From an uncultured Dehalococcoidia bacterium (GTDB taxonomy: Bacteria > Chloroflexota > Dehalococcoidia > Lucifugimonadales > UBA1123): DNA of 64,000 bases. Each line of letters opens with the position of its first letter. The first letter of the stretch is position 1. The notes below the pieces were generated by a model. That model made no database searches, was not told the DNA's origin, and was given only the letters and a program-made list of their open reading frames with translations. The stretch spans positions 1,054 through 65,053 of the forward strand of contig CAZPQQ010000010.1 of the NCBI GenBank assembly GCA_964588665.1, given 5' to 3'. The translations under genes were made by a program, and so were the position numbers. Below are positions 27,165 through 37,429 of the stretch, piece by piece.

Positions 27165-27506
27165 TTACTGGGCCGCCAACGGAATCGTGGCGATAACGCA
27201 CGGTTCGTCGCCGAAAACGGCCGTTGTGTGGCCTTGACCGGTCACGTCTTCGACGAGCCGAGCGTCACCGGCGCCGAATACATGCAGCGAACCGTCGCCC
27301 AGGCCGATCTGAAGCTGGCCAGAAACGATCATCACGTACTGGCGACGAGGCGCGGGATGCCAGTCCTGGAAGTGGCCGGCGGGATCGGTGCGGAACACGA
27401 TATGCGTCGTCGCCTGGGGCGCGGTCCACGTTGGCGTCGCGTCCAGAGCGATCTCCTCGATGTGCGATTGGCCATCGTCTCCGGCGTACAGTCGGTATGT
27501 TCCCAA
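27165..27506 (-). CDS. cupin-like small protein
   Basis: 113 aa with a TTG start preceded by GGAGA. It has a beta-barrel-like sequence (YVMIVSGQLQIGLGDGS...GD). It lies 26 nt upstream of the next cupin gene. Confidence 0.6.
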   Translation of the reverse strand: MGTYRLYAGDDGQSHIEEIALDATPTWTAPQATTHIVFRTDPAGHFQDWHPAPRRQYVMIVSGQLQIGLGDGSLHVFGAGDARLVEDVTGQGHTTAVFGDEPCVIATIPLAAQ

Positions 27507-27657
27507 TGTGTGTCTCCAGGCGGGTTAGTCGATTGGCGGAGCGATGTGTGAAAGTGAGGAATGTGATTCCCTGCGAGGCCCTAGATGCTTCACTCCGTTC
27601 AGCATGACAGTGTGGTTCTGCATGGCGATGGTATGTTGCGTACGCTCTCGTGCGTCG

Positions 27658-28638
27658 CTACTGGATGTCGAAGTCGCGGGCGACGCCCATTGGAGGGTCA
27701 CCCTCCCACACGCCCTTCATGTTGCGGTAGGCGAATCCAGCACGGCGAGGCCAGGTGTCCCAGGTTGTTCCGGCGGTGTGCGGAGTGACCACGACGTTCT
27801 CCATCGCCAAGAGCGGATTGTCCCGATCGACGGGCTCTTTCTCGAAGACATCAAGTCCGGCGCCCGCGATTCGGCCTTCGCGCAGAGCGTCGATCAGGGC
27901 TGCTTCGTCCACCACTGGGCCTCGGCTTGTGTTGACCAGCACCGCGTTCGGTTTCATCGTCGCGATTCGGTCCCGGCTCACAATATGTCGCGTCTGCGGT
28001 GTGAGGGGCGCATGGCAGGTGACAATGTCAGATGTCGAGAACAACTCGTCGAGTTCGACGCGGGTCAGTCCGAGCTCTTGTTCCGTCTCCTCGGGCAACG
28101 GGAACAGATCGTAGTACTGCGTTATCGAGTCGAAGCCCTGGACGCGTCGGGCCACCTGCCTCCCAATGTTCCCTATGCCGAGGACGCCGACCAGCTTGCC
28201 GGCCATCTCGAACGTATTGGCGCCGGTGATCGGTTCGTTCCATCGGCCATCGCGGGTCGCCGCGTCGCTGGCGATCAGTTTTCGGTAGACCGCCAGCATC
28301 AGGAGTACGGCGTGGTCGGCGACGGCCCATGAATTTGCGCCGCCGTTGTTGCAACAGGCGACACCGAGTTCGGCCATCAGCCCGTGGTTCATCCGGTCGT
28401 ACCCAGCCGCCAACGTCTGTACGACACGAGCCTTGGGCGCCGACCGAAGCACGTCGTCCGCCAATTCGGCGCCGTACACCATGATGAAGTCGGCGTCGGC
28501 GACGGCCCGCTTCTGGTCGTCGATCGACGTGTCTCGGCGGACGACCTGAGTCTCGAACCCATCCGGGTTGTGACTCAGGATCACGTCCACTGTCTTCTGG
28601 GGCAGTCCGGTCAGGAAGACGATTTTCGCGTTCGGCAT
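27658..28638 (-). CDS. D-isomer-specific 2-hydroxyacid dehydrogenase family, NAD-binding
   Basis: 326 aa with GKLVGVLGIGNIGRQVARR (GxGxxG) and a C-terminal ..NVVVTPHTAG.. segment. Confidence 0.88.
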   Translation of the reverse strand: MPNAKIVFLTGLPQKTVDVILSHNPDGFETQVVRRDTSIDDQKRAVADADFIMVYGAELADDVLRSAPKARVVQTLAAGYDRMNHGLMAELGVACCNNGGANSWAVADHAVLLMLAVYRKLIASDAATRDGRWNEPITGANTFEMAGKLVGVLGIGNIGRQVARRVQGFDSITQYYDLFPLPEETEQELGLTRVELDELFSTSDIVTCHAPLTPQTRHIVSRDRIATMKPNAVLVNTSRGPVVDEAALIDALREGRIAGAGLDVFEKEPVDRDNPLLAMENVVVTPHTAGTTWDTWPRRAGFAYRNMKGVWEGDPPMGVARDFDIQ

Positions 28639-28659
28639 TGCGTCTTGGTTGTCCTCGTC

Positions 28660-29346
28660 TTAGGTTCTGGCGCCGAGGGTGGCTTTGAGCTTTTCGACCG
28701 TGAAGTCCGGCGATTTGCAGAGACCGATGATCTCCTGCTCTCGATCTTCGACGGCCTTGACCGCCGCAGGCAGGTCCGCCGCGAGCTCGGGCGGTATGCT
28801 GATCACGCCATGCTTGTCGCCGAGGATGATGTCGCCCGACGACACTTCCAGGCCGCCGACGTTCACAGGCTGTCCGGCATCGGTGAGGTGGATATACGCA
28901 TGCGACACCAAGATCGCGGCTGCGAACGCGTTGAAGCCCATCTCTTCCATCTCGTCGAGGTCGCGCACTCCGCCGTTGGTCACGGTGCCGACGCATCCCA
29001 ATTTGCTGTGGATGTTGGACTGCACTTCGCCCCAGAACGACCCGATCGGGTTCGGGTAATCCAGGTCTTCCAGCACTATCACGCGAGGCCCGGGAACCTT
29101 CAGGATCTCGTCGATCCAATCGGTCCGTTTCACGCTCATCCTGTCGCTCGGTTGGGCGTTGGCCCGGATATGTCCGGTAACGGCGAACCCGATCATGCCG
29201 CCCATGTCGGGGAAGATCGAGTTGATCTCCGGCCCCATGAATCCTTGGTTTCGTGGTTTGAAGTTGAAGGTTTCGATAGCGTTGGCTATCGCGGGCGTCG
29301 GGATGTCGCGTAGCGCGTCTAGCTGTTCCTGTGTCACTTTGGTCAA
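28660..29346 (-). CDS. RraA-family protein (HMG/CHA-aldolase / oxaloacetate decarboxylase-like)
   Basis: 228 aa with a TTG start preceded by GGAGG. ..GCVGTVTNGGVRD.. and ..GD.I.GD..GV... are typical of the RraA fold. Confidence 0.75.
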   Translation of the reverse strand: MTKVTQEQLDALRDIPTPAIANAIETFNFKPRNQGFMGPEINSIFPDMGGMIGFAVTGHIRANAQPSDRMSVKRTDWIDEILKVPGPRVIVLEDLDYPNPIGSFWGEVQSNIHSKLGCVGTVTNGGVRDLDEMEEMGFNAFAAAILVSHAYIHLTDAGQPVNVGGLEVSSGDIILGDKHGVISIPPELAADLPAAVKAVEDREQEIIGLCKSPDFTVEKLKATLGART

Positions 29347-29750
29347 CTCTGTGCCTCCTGTTTTCGACGGTGGTGGAGCGACGAGAGACTCATCGCCCCG
29401 ACCGTCGTGTTTCTTGTGTGATCTCGTGTTGTCGAGCGTCGGTCAGAGCAATGTTATCCGCGCGTTCTTGCGCAGTCAATCCCTACCGACAGTCACGGAC
29501 GCACGCTTGATGGCGACGGCTTCCGGTAGACGAATTCACTTGCCATCCATGTGGATTCCCTATATCTTGTGACTTGGATTCAGGCCGACGCGAAGCCGTG
29601 CTTCGCGCCAGGTATCCGAAGCCCGAATCCCACTACCCGCCATCGCTCCCGAGCAGACGAACTCGCGGCGCGAATCGAGGCGGCGTCACGCAAATCGCAT
29701 CAGGTCCGGTCAATGCCGGGCCACTCGAATACCAGAGAGGAGACACCAAC

Positions 29751-30647
29751 ATGCCTTCAGGAGATATCGGTCTCGTTGGACTTGGGATCATGGGCAAGCC
29801 GATGGCCCGGAACATGATGAAAGCAGGGTATTCGGTCACCGTCTACGACATCGTCGGAGCGGCGGTCGAGGAGGTCGTCACGGACGGCGCATCGTCGGCG
29901 TCGTCGGCCCGCGAGGTCGCTGAGAAGGCGCCGGTGGTCATCACGATGGTCCCCGACTCGGCGGACTCCGAAGCCGCGATCCTCGGACCCAACGGCGTGC
30001 TCGAAGGCGCATCAGCCGGTCACGTCGTCATCGACATGAGCTCCATCGCCCCCGGCTCGTCGCAGAAGATCGCCGCCGCGTGCGAAGCGATGGGCGTGGC
30101 ATTCTTGGACGCCCCGGTCAGCGGCGGAGAGCCCGGCGCCGTCGCGGGCACGCTGGCGATCATGGTCGGCGGCAAAAAAGACGTCTTCGACGCTCAGTAC
30201 CCTCTCATGGAATCGATGGGCGGAAGCATCGTGTTGTGCGGTGACTACGGCGCCGGCAACACCACGAAGCTGGCAAACCAGATCATCGTTGCCGCCAACA
30301 TAGAGGCCGTGGGCGAGGCGCTCACGCTCGCCAAGAAAGCGGGCCTCGACCCCAATGTCGTCCTCGAAGCGATCCAGGGCGGGCTGGCCGGATCGACTGT
30401 GCTGAACGCCAAGGGCCCCATGATGATCGAAGGCAACTTCACGCCCGGGTTCCGCATTCGACTGCACCACAAAGACCTGAACAACGCGCTCATCACTGCC
30501 AAGGAACTCGGCGTTGGTCTGCCCGTTACGGGTCTGGTCCAGCAGATGATCGTGTCGCTGATGAACGCCGGCAAGGCCGACGAGGACCACTCGGCCATCG
30601 CCAACTTCATCGAAGACATGTCTGGGACGACCATCAGCGGCAAGTAA
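29751..30647 (+). CDS. NAD(P)-dependent 3-hydroxyacid dehydrogenase (tartronate semialdehyde / 2-hydroxy-3-oxopropionate reductase-like)
   Basis: Contains [16 protein letters not shown] and the HIBADH-family layout. Start placed at ATG 29751 with AGAGGAGA upstream, rather than the ORF-track start at 29574. Confidence 0.88.
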   Translation: MPSGDIGLVGLGIMGKPMARNMMKAGYSVTVYDIVGAAVEEVVTDGASSASSAREVAEKAPVVITMVPDSADSEAAILGPNGVLEGASAGHVVIDMSSIAPGSSQKIAAACEAMGVAFLDAPVSGGEPGAVAGTLAIMVGGKKDVFDAQYPLMESMGGSIVLCGDYGAGNTTKLANQIIVAANIEAVGEALTLAKKAGLDPNVVLEAIQGGLAGSTVLNAKGPMMIEGNFTPGFRIRLHHKDLNNALITAKELGVGLPVTGLVQQMIVSLMNAGKADEDHSAIANFIEDMSGTTISGK

Positions 30648-30698
30648 CGGCATCGCAACCGAGCCGCTGCACGGCGAATTGCCGCGTACCGACAATCC

Positions 30699-30834
30699 GT
30701 AGGGGACGGTTTCAAACCCTCCCGCGGGTTATGCATACGATCACGTTACGATACGCGCGAACAGCGATCATTGTGTCAGGACGCCGTGGGACCTGTGGCC
30801 AGGCCAGGCGGGAGGGTTTGAAACCCTCCCCTAC
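30699..30834. repeat. REP doublet (REPIN-like), copy 3
   Basis: Left unit at 30699-30725 has 1 mismatch (GGGGACGG). Right unit at 30808-30834 is an exact reverse complement. The spacer is 82 nt. Intergenic. Confidence 0.9.
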
Positions 30835-31070
30835 GGAACACGCACCGTCTATAGATCAGCGATGATTTCGACTTCACGACCAGCCGCCACATCTGCGCAA
30901 GGCCACCCACGATAGGCGCAGCGGTTCAAAGGGTTCGTCGAAACCGTAAACACGGACGCCGGACCGACCATCACGGCTGCCCACGGACGTCATGCAACCG
31001 AAGTGATGGAAGCGATGGACCGCTCGTCGGAAACCGAGCGAGAGATGCTTTTGTCGGGAGGGGGCGGACT

Positions 31071-31355
31071 GTGACTCAAAGCGAGTCCAAGCCGCGAGAG
31101 TTTCAACTGCACTGGGGCCGAGGAACGATCGCAGAGGAAGCGACCTACGAAGGGCTGCACCACCGACCCACGATCCAACTCCTAGAATTTGAGGACGGCT
31201 CGGTCAGCATCCGGTTCTGCCACTACAGCCACTCCGGCAGGTTTCAGCGTAGCCCGCTGATCGTGGACGAAGAAAACATTGACGGGCTGAAAGATGCGCT
31301 GGAGGGCGCCCCAAGGATCAAGGCGCTGCTGGAGCGACTGGTTGGCCTAGAGTAG
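31071..31355 (+). CDS. hypothetical small protein (94 aa)
   Basis: GTG start preceded by GGGAGGGGG. I recognise no motif. Confidence 0.45.
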   Translation: MTQSESKPREFQLHWGRGTIAEEATYEGLHHRPTIQLLEFEDGSVSIRFCHYSHSGRFQRSPLIVDEENIDGLKDALEGAPRIKALLERLVGLE

Positions 31356-31471
31356 TAGTTGCAACGCGCGTCACGGTCAGCTTGGTCAAGAAGCCATGAT
31401 TTGGCATGCGTCAAAACGCGTCAAAAACTTGCGCCTTCCGCTGGTATTTGGTCTTAGTTTTCGGCCTCCTA

Positions 31472-31480
31472 TGGTATAAT
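31472..31480 (+). promoter_or_regulatory. extended -10 promoter element (TGgTATAAT) for the dgt-dnaG-rpoD operon
   Basis: A perfect TATAAT at 31475-31480 follows TG at 31472-31473. It is the only strong -10 element in the 295-nt gap upstream of 31651. Confidence 0.5.
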
Positions 31481-31650
31481 ATCGTGACTGGACGTGCTTA
31501 GTTCGCGCACGGTGCGAAGCCGCCCGTCAGGCAACAAGAACCCACCGCCCCGATCGCTTCAATGCTAGGAGTTTCCCCGCCATTAAACCACCGGCTTCAG
31601 GCTGTGCTCCCCCGGATGCTCCACTCCATGGCGCCGTAATCGCCCGTCTG

Positions 31651-32700
31651 TTGGAGCGCGAAGCATCGCTCTCACCGCTGGCGACTAAGTCGTCGCAGAC
31701 CAAAGGGCGGCGCGAGCCGGAGCAGCCGTCGCCGGTTCGCACCGAGTTCCAACGCGACCGCGACCGGATTCTCCACACCAATGCCTTCCGACGGCTCAAG
31801 CACAAGACCCAGGTTTTCATTGCGCCGGCGGGCGACCACTACGCCACCCGTCTCACCCACACCCTCGAGGTCTCTCAGATTGCACGCACGATCGCTCGGG
31901 CGCTGAATCTGAACGAAGATCTCACCGAAGCCATTTCGCTGGGCCACGACATGGGGCACACCCCGTTCGGCCATATCGGCGAGAACGAGCTCGGTAAGCT
32001 CCATTCGGCCGGATATAGGCACAACGAGCAGAGCCTTCGCCTTGTCGAACAGATCGAGAACGAAGGGAAAGGTTTGAACCTTACGTGGGAGGTTCGGCAG
32101 GGCATCCTCATGCACTCCAAACCCCAGGGCGATTTCCTGGACAGGAGTCTGGTCGAAGGGCTCACACTCGAAGGTCAGATCGTTCGAATATCGGATGCCG
32201 TCGCCTATCTGAATCACGATCTTGGCGACGCGTTCCGGGCTGGCGTGTTGGCCGAGGACGGCGTTCCGACCGAGGTTACCGACGTGCTCGGCGCCAGCCA
32301 CTCGAGACGGGTCGACGCCATGGTTAAGGACATCATCGAGAGTTCTTGGGCCGCGACCGGAATCAGCGACAACGGCGGCCAACAGCCGACGATCACGATG
32401 AGCGACCGATGCAGGCTCGCGCTGAACGCCTTGCGGGGCTTCATGTTCGATCGCGTGTACAATCCGCAGGACCAGAGCCCGTACGGCCAGACAGCGCGAC
32501 AGGTCATGCGGTTGCTCTACACACACTTCGACGCAAATCGCTCGGAGATCCCGCCCGAGTACAGCGCTCGAAGCAAGTCCGAGGACGCCGCCGCGGCCGA
32601 TTTCATCTCGGGCATGACCGACCACTACGCCCTGCGGGTCGCGGAAGGTCTTCAGCCAGGTATAGCGTCGCCGTTCGACAAGCAATGGACGGCTATTTAA
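31651..32700 (+). CDS. dgt: dGTP triphosphohydrolase-like HD-domain protein
   Basis: LSPLATKSS...GR....RTEFQRDRDRILH and HD motif HTLEVSQIAR..GHDMGHTPFGH. The TTG start is the first start codon in the open frame, and no obvious SD is present. Confidence 0.85.
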   Translation: MEREASLSPLATKSSQTKGRREPEQPSPVRTEFQRDRDRILHTNAFRRLKHKTQVFIAPAGDHYATRLTHTLEVSQIARTIARALNLNEDLTEAISLGHDMGHTPFGHIGENELGKLHSAGYRHNEQSLRLVEQIENEGKGLNLTWEVRQGILMHSKPQGDFLDRSLVEGLTLEGQIVRISDAVAYLNHDLGDAFRAGVLAEDGVPTEVTDVLGASHSRRVDAMVKDIIESSWAATGISDNGGQQPTITMSDRCRLALNALRGFMFDRVYNPQDQSPYGQTARQVMRLLYTHFDANRSEIPPEYSARSKSEDAAAADFISGMTDHYALRVAEGLQPGIASPFDKQWTAI

Positions 32701-32751
32701 TCGGTTTGCCGTAATCCGCGGCGCGACGTAGACTGAAGTCAGAGGTCTGAA

Positions 32752-34557
32752 TTGAGCGTTATCGACGACATAAAAGCCCGGCTCGACATCGTCGAAGTCG
32801 TGTCGTCCTACACAACCCTTCAGAAATCCGGACGGGGCTTCAAGGCCGTCTGCCCTTTCCACACCGAGAAGACCCCCTCTTTCGTCGTGACGCCGGAGCG
32901 CCAAAGCTGGCGATGCTTCGGCGCGTGCGCGACGGGCGGCGACGTCTTCTCGTTCGTCATGCAGGCGGAGAAGCTCGAATTTCGTGACGCGCTGCAGCAA
33001 CTTGCCCAGAAGACGGGCGTTGAGTTGCGGCAGCGCAATGTCGAACAAGAGGACGCGTTGCACCGCGTCAACCGCACAACCGCCAACTTCTACCAGCAGG
33101 TCCTCGCGTCCGATGCAGGCCAAACCGGCCGTGACTATCTTGAGCGGCGCGGCGTTTCGCGGCAAGCGATCGAAAAGTTCATGCTTGGGCTCAGTCCGAA
33201 CTCCAGGACCGAACTCAAGAGCTACCTCCAGACACACGACGTAGACATCGAAGACGCCGTCGCCGCGGGCGTCATAGGCCGAAGCGAAGACGATGGCAGC
33301 ACTTGGGACTTCTTCCGAAATCGGTTGATGTTCCCGATCTTCGACAGACGGGGAAACGTCGCCGGTTTCGGCGCGAGGGCGTTGGACGACTCGATGCCCA
33401 AATACATCAACACGGCCAGAACGCCGGTGTTCGACAAGCGTGCAACCCTCTACGCGCTGAACTTTGCCGTCGACACGATCCGGCAAGACCGAACGGCCGT
33501 AATCGTCGAGGGGTACATGGACGCCATCGCGGCCCATGAGCACGGCTACACCAACGTCATCGCCTCCATGGGCACGGCCTTGACCGAGCAACAGGTCTCG
33601 ATGCTGCGGTCGTCCGCCGACAGTTTCGTACTCGCCTTGGACCCAGACGTCGCCGGCCAGGAGGCGACGCTGCGCAGCCTCGAGTCCTCGTGGCACGTAA
33701 TACAGAGCGGCGCCGCCCAACAGCGACAGAGATCGCACAGCGCCCTCGCTCAGGTGCGAAGCGTGGACCTCAAGGTTGCAGCTCTACCCGCCGGAAAGGA
33801 TCCCGACGCCTTGATCCGCGAGGACCCCGCCAAATGGGAGCGCACAGTCGAGGAAGCGTCGCCGCTGCTCGACTTCATCATCCCAGCCGCGGCAGGCAGA
33901 TTCGATCTGACGGCCGAGGGCGCCCGCGCGCAGGTCGTAGACCTGGTGTGGCCTCTGATCCTCTCGCTCGACGAACTCGACCAAGATCACTACATCCAGG
34001 TTCTCGCTGACGCGATCGGCGTTACCCACGCCGCGCTGACGGCAAGCGCTGGCAGGCGCAGGGTCGCCACGCGAGACAGGCGCCGGACACCGAGCGAACC
34101 CGTATCCGAGATCAGCGAGTCGGCTCTCGACCCTCAACGAAGCGACGTGCTGGAGGACACCGCGCTCGCTTTGATGATCAGCAGACTGGACCTGAGATTG
34201 AAGGCTGCTAAGTTCAAATCAGTGTATTTGCGAAAGACGGAGAACCGAGAAGTGTTTACGAATTGGATGGAGTGCGCTAAGATGGAAGACCTCTGGGACT
34301 CTTTAGACGAGACACTTCATCCACATCTCACTCACCTCACCAATTTCAAACTCCCGTCAGCCGATCCCCGGCTTGACGAAAGCGGACTCGACGAGATGTT
34401 AAGACGTCTGGAACGCCGGCATGTGCTTGAGCAACAGGAGTTGCTCGCCGCCACCGAAAACCCAGATCAGCCGCCATCCAAAGATATTGAAGACCAATTC
34501 ATCGTCCTGAACACCCGGATACGTGAGTTGGAATCCATGCCCACGGGCCACAAGTAG
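32752..34557 (+). CDS. dnaG: DNA primase
   Basis: 601 aa with zinc-ribbon [17 protein letters not shown] and a TOPRIM EGYMD segment. TTG start. Confidence 0.92.
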   Translation: MSVIDDIKARLDIVEVVSSYTTLQKSGRGFKAVCPFHTEKTPSFVVTPERQSWRCFGACATGGDVFSFVMQAEKLEFRDALQQLAQKTGVELRQRNVEQEDALHRVNRTTANFYQQVLASDAGQTGRDYLERRGVSRQAIEKFMLGLSPNSRTELKSYLQTHDVDIEDAVAAGVIGRSEDDGSTWDFFRNRLMFPIFDRRGNVAGFGARALDDSMPKYINTARTPVFDKRATLYALNFAVDTIRQDRTAVIVEGYMDAIAAHEHGYTNVIASMGTALTEQQVSMLRSSADSFVLALDPDVAGQEATLRSLESSWHVIQSGAAQQRQRSHSALAQVRSVDLKVAALPAGKDPDALIREDPAKWERTVEEASPLLDFIIPAAAGRFDLTAEGARAQVVDLVWPLILSLDELDQDHYIQVLADAIGVTHAALTASAGRRRVATRDRRRTPSEPVSEISESALDPQRSDVLEDTALALMISRLDLRLKAAKFKSVYLRKTENREVFTNWMECAKMEDLWDSLDETLHPHLTHLTNFKLPSADPRLDESGLDEMLRRLERRHVLEQQELLAATENPDQPPSKDIEDQFIVLNTRIRELESMPTGHK

Positions 34558-34643
34558 TACAACCGGATAGTGCGCAACCATCTCTAGCGCACTCGATTTG
34601 CAGGGGCGGTGTCGGACGCCGATTAGCAAACGGGGTTGAGTGT

Positions 34644-36170
34644 ATGACTAGAAGCGATGCAGACGGCAATGGCGATATGATTCGGGGCCTCATGACGGAA
34701 ACGTCATCCACGGCAGACCTTATTCAAACCACCCGGTCCAGGGAAGACGGATACAGAAACGTCGATGCGGAGGACGGCAACATTGCGGCGCTGAACTCAG
34801 CGTACAGGCCTGGCAAAGGAGCGCCGACTAAGACTCGCACCAAAACCGCCAAGGCCGGAACCGCGATCGAGCAGGACATCAGCAGCGCTGAGATCATCGA
34901 CGACCCGGTGCGCATGTATCTGCGAGAGATCGGCCGCGTCAACCTGCTCAAAGCAGCCGAAGAACGCATCTTGGCGCGCCAATTCGAAGAAGGCCGCTAC
35001 ATCACGAAGGTCAGCGCGGAGAACTGCTCCCCAGAAGGCAGGGCTCCCAGATCCTGGGTTGTCATAACGCAATTCCTGATCGGCGTCTCAGAGTTGGAGA
35101 TGCTCGCCTACGCGGTGGCCAGATACAAAGGCGTGCCGTTCGACGGAAGCCTGTCCCAGCTCATGATGTCGCTGGAAATGCGCCATGTTCTCGACGGTGA
35201 ACTCCCCGAGGAGATGCTCAACTTCCTAGCCGAGATGGTCAACACGGAGCCGGACCAGGTGAAAGCGGACGTTCAGAAGCTTTCGCTGGACAGCCGCCTC
35301 CTCCCCCATCAGGTCCTAGACGCTCTCGGATGCGAACCGCTTCTCTCCGAGCTTCCCGCCGTCATCGAGCAGGACCACTACGCCAACTGCATGGAATCCT
35401 ACGAACTAGTCTTCCTTGGGCATGTGCAGGGAGTGAATGACCTGGCAGACCAAGCGCAGCAACATTTGGCTGAGGCCAACCTGAGGTTGGTGGTTAGCGT
35501 CGCGAAGAAGTACATCGGTCGCGGAATGTCGTTGCTCGACCTGATCCAAGAAGGCAACATCGGCTTGATCCGCGCCGTCGAAAAATTCGACTACCGCAAG
35601 GGCTACAAGTTCAGCACCTACGCCACCTGGTGGATACGACAAGCCATCACCCGAGCGATCGCCGACCAGGCCCGCACCATCAGGATTCCGGTCCACATGG
35701 TCGAGACGATCAACAAGCTGCTCAGGGTCACTCGACGACTCGTGCAAGAGTACGGCCGCGAGCCCACCAGCGAAGAGATCGGCCTCGGGATGGACATCCC
35801 CGCCGAGAAGGTTCGCGAGATCCTCAAGATATCGCAGGAACCCGTTTCGCTCGAGACTCCCATCGGCGAAGAAGCCGACAGCCACCTTGGCGACTTCATC
35901 GAAGACGCAACGGCTTTGGCGCCCGCCGAAGCAGCGTCGTACCAGCTCCTGAAAGAACAGGTCGACGATGTGCTCTTCACGTTGAGCGACCGCGAAGCAC
36001 AGGTGCTCCAGCTACGCTTCGGCCTCGAAGACGGCCGTGCCAGGACACTCGAAGAGGTCGGGCGCGACTTTGGAGTCACCAGAGAGCGCATCCGCCAGAT
36101 CGAAGCCAAGGCCCTCAGGAAGCTGCGCCATCCGAGCCGATCCAAGAAGCTCCGCGACTTCCTGGAGTAG
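34644..36170 (+). CDS. rpoD: primary RNA polymerase sigma factor (sigma-70)
   Basis: 508 aa with region 2 [41 protein letters not shown] and region 4.2 [29 protein letters not shown]. Confidence 0.95.
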   Translation: MTRSDADGNGDMIRGLMTETSSTADLIQTTRSREDGYRNVDAEDGNIAALNSAYRPGKGAPTKTRTKTAKAGTAIEQDISSAEIIDDPVRMYLREIGRVNLLKAAEERILARQFEEGRYITKVSAENCSPEGRAPRSWVVITQFLIGVSELEMLAYAVARYKGVPFDGSLSQLMMSLEMRHVLDGELPEEMLNFLAEMVNTEPDQVKADVQKLSLDSRLLPHQVLDALGCEPLLSELPAVIEQDHYANCMESYELVFLGHVQGVNDLADQAQQHLAEANLRLVVSVAKKYIGRGMSLLDLIQEGNIGLIRAVEKFDYRKGYKFSTYATWWIRQAITRAIADQARTIRIPVHMVETINKLLRVTRRLVQEYGREPTSEEIGLGMDIPAEKVREILKISQEPVSLETPIGEEADSHLGDFIEDATALAPAEAASYQLLKEQVDDVLFTLSDREAQVLQLRFGLEDGRARTLEEVGRDFGVTRERIRQIEAKALRKLRHPSRSKKLRDFLE

Positions 36171-36221
36171 CCGACAAGCGAAGCAAGGCGCCATACGCGT
36201 TGCTACAATCGAACAGACGCC

Positions 36222-36258
36222 GGGTCGGGCTCCCCTTACGGGAGCCCGACTCTGTTTT
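36222..36258 (+). terminator. intrinsic terminator after rpoD
   Basis: GTCGGGCTCCC (36224-36234) pairs with GGGAGCCCGAC (36240-36250) around loop CTTAC, followed by TCTGTTTT. Confidence 0.8.
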
Positions 36259-36286
36259 GGGCGCCAAAGGTTCGTGACAAGCGATC

Positions 36287-37405
36287 ATGACATCGCCGAG
36301 AGACTCCAACCAAAAGGTAAGCGTCAAACCTCGAGCGCGGCCTATAGTCGCCGTCGTCAAGACGCGGCCCGAGACCGTGATCGACGACTACGCTCGGGCG
36401 ATGGAGCTCGCGGACTTCGAAGACGCTCTCCCGAAAGACGTCTCGACGCTGCTCAAAATCAACATTTCGTGGCAACACTACTACCCCGCGTGCTCCACTG
36501 CCCCATGGCAGCTCGACGGCGTCATCCAGGCGCTTGCGGCCAAGAGTTACGCGGATCTCACGCCGACGCATAACGGCACGGTGGTCGTGGACGCCCATGA
36601 GGGCGCGGCGGCCAACAAGCATCAGGCCGTCGAGCGAAAGCACCGGCTGACGCCCACCTTCCTCGAAGACGTGCGATGGGTCGACTACAAGCCCAAAGGC
36701 CCGCTGCTGGCGCTGGACAAGGTGTATCCCGACGGCATCCGGATTCCTGAGATGCTGATCGGAAAGAACATCGTCCATCTCCCCACGTTCAAGACCCACG
36801 TGTTCACGACGATGACCGGGGCTATGAAAAACGCCTTCGGGGGGTTGCTGAACTACCAGCGGCACTGGACTCACTCCGTCATACACGAGACCCTGGTGGA
36901 TCTGCTCCGGATCCAGCAGGAGATACACCCGGGCATCTTCGCCGTCACCGACGGGACGTTTGCAGGCGACGGCCCCGGCCCGAGGGCGATGCGGTGGCAT
37001 GTGAAGAACACCATCTTGGCGGGCGCGGATCAGGTTGCGGTTGACGCTGTTGCGGCCAAGATCATGGGGTACGACCCGATGGACATAGGGTTCATCAGAA
37101 TGGCGCATGAAGCTGGTTTAGGCTGCGGCGACGTCGACGGCATCGACATCGTGGGCGAAGACATTACCGAGCTAAACTGGCGATTCCAACAGGCGGGGAA
37201 CACATTCGCCAGTCGTGGCCAGAAGCTGATCTACTGGGGACCTCTCAAGCCGCTCGAAAACCTGCTGCTGCGGTCGCCCATCACGCCATGGGCCTATCTG
37301 GCGTCGAACCTGTACCACAACCAGTACTGGCTGAGGTTCATCGGCAGTCGCAGGGTCAAGAAGGCGCTGGAAACAGATTGGGGCAGGTTGTTCCAGTCGT
37401 ACTAA
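36287..37405 (+). CDS. DUF362 domain protein
   Basis: 372 aa. The ..LLKINISW...YPACSTAPWQ.. and ..LPTFKTH..T..TGAMKN.FG.. pattern matches my recollection of the DUF362 family. Confidence 0.7.
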   Translation: MTSPRDSNQKVSVKPRARPIVAVVKTRPETVIDDYARAMELADFEDALPKDVSTLLKINISWQHYYPACSTAPWQLDGVIQALAAKSYADLTPTHNGTVVVDAHEGAAANKHQAVERKHRLTPTFLEDVRWVDYKPKGPLLALDKVYPDGIRIPEMLIGKNIVHLPTFKTHVFTTMTGAMKNAFGGLLNYQRHWTHSVIHETLVDLLRIQQEIHPGIFAVTDGTFAGDGPGPRAMRWHVKNTILAGADQVAVDAVAAKIMGYDPMDIGFIRMAHEAGLGCGDVDGIDIVGEDITELNWRFQQAGNTFASRGQKLIYWGPLKPLENLLLRSPITPWAYLASNLYHNQYWLRFIGSRRVKKALETDWGRLFQSY

Positions 37406-37429
37406 GCGGGCGTCAGCCGGGTTAGGACG

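Noticed and set aside
29574-29750. Long N-terminal extensions offered by the ORF track. Examples are 29574, 46396, 10370, 15499, 42857, 27201, 59380, 60065, 45543 and 1183.
   Set aside because: The extensions are Arg/Pro-rich and non-homologous. Internal ATG or TTG codons with good SD sequences coincide with the expected family N-termini, so those were used instead.
31672-33738. A 688-aa ORF on the minus strand, antisense to dgt and dnaG.
   Set aside because: It lies entirely antisense to two genes with unmistakable family motifs. Its sequence is Arg/Gly/Val-rich and low in information, as is typical of stop-free antisense frames in GC-rich DNA. It has no motifs and no SD.
34569-34593. A hairpin, AGTGCGC-N11-GCGCACT, between dnaG and rpoD, considered as an internal terminator.
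   Set aside because: The stem is only 7 bp with an 11-nt loop and no U-tract (it is followed by CGATTTG). This is too weak to call, although it may be a processing or attenuation site.
36201-36209. An extended -10-like TGcTACAAT between rpoD and the DUF362 gene.
   Set aside because: It lies upstream of the strong rpoD terminator hairpin (36222-36258). A transcript starting here would run straight into the terminator, so this is probably a chance match.
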